A stretch of 64,000 nt of DNA from an uncultured Candidatus Saccharibacteria bacterium (GTDB taxonomy: Bacteria > Patescibacteriota > Minisyncoccia > UBA6257 > 1-14-0-10-40-38). Of this stretch, positions 61,722 through 64,000 are shown in pieces (positions within the stretch are counted from its first letter, which is position 1; every line of letters begins with the position of its first letter). Below the pieces are notes generated by a model. The model had not been told where the DNA came from and ran no database searches. It saw only the letters and a list, made by a program, of their open reading frames with translations. Both the position numbers and the translations under genes were made by a program. Location of the stretch: positions 10,609 through 74,608 of the forward strand of contig CAYSWC010000002.1 in NCBI GenBank assembly GCA_964434715.1, written 5' to 3'.

Positions 61722-62969
61722 TCATTGCCTAATAAAGACCCTAAGCATAGTTCGGGTTACGGTAATAGCGCTGAACATTGAGACGACGACCCCGATAAGG
61801 AGCGCGAGCGCAAAGCCCTTAATAAAGCCCGAGGTAAGGTAATAGAGAATGATTGAGGTAATAATGGTTGAAACATTGGAGTCCCGAATGGAGAGCCAGG
61901 CGCGATGAAACCCCTCTTCCATGGCGGCCAGGCGGTTGAGTCCCTTTTTAATCTCCTCTTTGGTGCGCTCAAAAATCAGGATATTGGCATCAACCGCCAT
62001 GCCAATGGATAAAATTATGCCGGCAATACCGGCTAAGGTCATAGTAACGCCGAATAGCTTAAAAACCACAAGTATTACAATAATGTAAATTATCAAAGCG
62101 CCGATGGCAAACCAGCCCCAAAAACGGTAGTAAACTGCCATAAAAAGCATAATTAAAATCGTGCCTAGGAGCCCGGCTATCAAAGTTTTTTTCAAAGAGT
62201 CAGTGCCTAAACTCGCGCCCACCGTCTGCTGGCTGATTAAGGTAATGGGCGCGGGCAAGGCGCCGGCATTAAATCTTGCCACTAATATTTTTGCGTCTTC
62301 CAAAGTAAACTGGCCGGTAATCTGGGCCCGGCCGCCGGTAATTTTCTCCTGCACCACTGGCGCGGTGATTAAATTGCCGTCTAGGAAAACCGCAATCGGT
62401 TTGCCGACATTCCGTTCGGTTAATGCTTCAAAAATTCTCGAGCCCTCGTCATTGAAATTTAAACTGATTTGCGGGGTGCCGGTTACCTGATCAAAGACTA
62501 AACTGGCGCCCACAATATAACGACCGGTAAGTTCAGTGGGCAGGAAATTTTCTTCAGTAAAAGTAGTAGTCGCGGTGGCGTCCTCTGGTATTTTGACTTC
62601 GGAAAAAATCAAAAAAGGAGTTTCGCCGATTTCTTTAATCGCCTCCCCGACATCGCTTATGCCGGCTAGCTCAACAATAAGACGGCTCGCTTCCCCGCTC
62701 TCGGCTGTATAAACTTGGGGCTCGCTTATGCCAAAAAGATTAACCCGTTTTTCTATGACATCGCGAAGACCAGAAACCACCGAATCGCGATCCGCGTCCC
62801 CCACACCGGAGAGATCAATCTCGTAAACCAAATGACTGCCGCCCACCAAATCCAAGCCCAACCGCCATGACCGCCAGCTTGAACCAATGCCTTTAGGAAA
62901 AACAAAAAAAGCGCCAAATAAACTCACGGCTAAAATCACAATTAAAATCAAAACCGGTCTTTTGCGCAT
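61722..62969 (-). CDS. secD: protein translocase subunit SecD
   Basis: LGLDLVGGSHLVYE, a periplasmic P1 domain and a C-terminal six-TM bundle. Confidence 0.85.
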   Translation of the reverse strand: MRKRPVLILIVILAVSLFGAFFVFPKGIGSSWRSWRLGLDLVGGSHLVYEIDLSGVGDADRDSVVSGLRDVIEKRVNLFGISEPQVYTAESGEASRLIVELAGISDVGEAIKEIGETPFLIFSEVKIPEDATATTTFTEENFLPTELTGRYIVGASLVFDQVTGTPQISLNFNDEGSRIFEALTERNVGKPIAVFLDGNLITAPVVQEKITGGRAQITGQFTLEDAKILVARFNAGALPAPITLISQQTVGASLGTDSLKKTLIAGLLGTILIMLFMAVYYRFWGWFAIGALIIYIIVILVVFKLFGVTMTLAGIAGIILSIGMAVDANILIFERTKEEIKKGLNRLAAMEEGFHRAWLSIRDSNVSTIITSIILYYLTSGFIKGFALALLIGVVVSMFSAITVTRTMLRVFIRQ

Positions 62970-63187
62970 TTCTTAAAATCTTATCTTAAATAACTAAAAA
63001 TTACAACTTCAAAATGACCGGTCAAAGCCGGCTTAATTTTGATTTGGCTTTGCTTTATCTTTTTCCGTCTCCGGGTGGAAAGTCCGTATTTCTATCTTTG
63101 GGAAGTAAAGCGCCGGCAATGCAGGCTTCGGACTGGGGGCGGATAAAACCCAGAACTCCCGACGAATAGCATAATAAAACTAAGGGG

Positions 63188-63973
63188 TCATCGCTTGACG
63201 TAGGAAGAGTTTTGCGCATCCAGTTCCTGCAGGACGAGAGTAGAGGGACCTGTCTCATACGGCGTGCTCACCGAGTTGTTGTGGTAAAACGTACCTCCGT
63301 TGAAATGCCACATGCGGAACGCAATCGCCTGGGTTGTGCCGAACGCTTTTGCCACCTGGGTCGAGTAATTGTGGGGGGTGGAGTTGTAGTCCGCGTCTGG
63401 ATAACTGCCCAGTTTCAGCGTACCCTGTTGCCCATTGCCGACCACGTCAAAGTCCGTCCATGCACCCCCACCGATGCTGTATTGCAAGAAGGTGTGGACA
63501 TCATGCGTATCCGCCTCTCCAAAGTAGCTGATGTTGATGAGTATGACGCTATTCGACTTCTTCGGCGTGATCGCGTTACCGTATTCCCCCCCGCCAAAGT
63601 AATAGGAGTTGCCGCTGCTTGTGACACGCCGGGTGTAATCGCTGTAAACCCGCGTCTGTAGCACAGAACCAACCGTGATCTGCGTCGTTCCATCCGGAAA
63701 TTTGACTCCGCCCGACGTAGATTCAATAGTCCCAGAGACAGTCAACTTCTGCCCTGGGTTCGTCGTCCCAATCCCGACGTTGCCGCCCAATTCATAAATT
63801 ATTGAATCGCCGATAGTATTCGGGTCTAAAAATTTTGCCAAGAAACCGGCGGTGCCGCCGCCATCAATGCCGATAATGGGATTGATTTTTGGAAGCTGGG
63901 CAGAAACTTGAGATACTGAAGCCGTGAGTAATCCGAGTCCTAACAAACTAATAATGATAGAGATTCTTTTCAT
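63188..63973 (-). CDS. secreted tail-fibre-like protein
   Basis: Signal peptide. GNVGIGTTNPGQKLTVSGTIESTSGGVKFPDGTTQ is a pattern I associate with phage tail-fibre N-terminal repeats. The body of the gene is visibly GC-richer than its flanks. Confidence 0.45.
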   Translation of the reverse strand: MKRISIIISLLGLGLLTASVSQVSAQLPKINPIIGIDGGGTAGFLAKFLDPNTIGDSIIYELGGNVGIGTTNPGQKLTVSGTIESTSGGVKFPDGTTQITVGSVLQTRVYSDYTRRVTSSGNSYYFGGGEYGNAITPKKSNSVILINISYFGEADTHDVHTFLQYSIGGGAWTDFDVVGNGQQGTLKLGSYPDADYNSTPHNYSTQVAKAFGTTQAIAFRMWHFNGGTFYHNNSVSTPYETGPSTLVLQELDAQNSSYVKR

Positions 63974-64000
63974 AGGTTAAGATAATTAATTATCGACCTT

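Overview
The window looks like a streamlined, Patescibacteria/CPR-like bacterial chromosome segment. This is inferred from gene content: type IV pilus genes, ComEC, cohesin/dockerin surface proteins, a sigma-region-4 plus HARE-HTH protein, and many housekeeping proteins with insertions or deletions. Almost all genes are on the minus strand and tightly packed. TGA is used as a stop codon in conserved genes, so the standard code 11 applies.

Layout:
- 1-3.3 kb: type IV pilus genes (two pilins, PilC, PilB).
- 3.4-7.7 kb: tRNA-Gln, then two tandem GT-C membrane glycosyltransferase paralogs with STT3-like motifs, then a GT2.
- 7.7-12.4 kb: HK-RR-dockerin protein-cohesin protein operon.
- 12.5-14.9 kb: ftsX, ftsE and an N-terminally truncated prfB.
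- 15-25.3 kb: compositionally mosaic accessory block with a repeat protein (putative immunity), a GC-rich 2100-aa RHS/YD toxin, an M15 peptidase and an AT-rich Dam-like methyltransferase plus putative restriction enzyme, ending at tRNA-Thr.
- 25.4-41.4 kb: housekeeping genes (tRNA-Gly, lepA, ndk, aspS, comEC, mnmA, efp, pepA, cutA and others).
- 41.7-55.5 kb: the most unusual feature. It is a tandem array of six 555-590-aa cysteine-rich paralogs with paired zinc ribbons at both termini, plus one 16-codon relic. I cannot assign the family. A PIN toxin-antitoxin pair, an MFS transporter and small membrane proteins are interleaved, and two soluble coupling-protein-like ATPase paralogs flank the array.
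- 55.6-64 kb: small membrane proteins, the second ATPase with two membrane partners, a sigma4/HARE-HTH protein, secF, secD and a GC-rich tail-fibre-like secreted protein.

I saw no rRNA, CRISPR array, transposase, integrase or reverse transcriptase.
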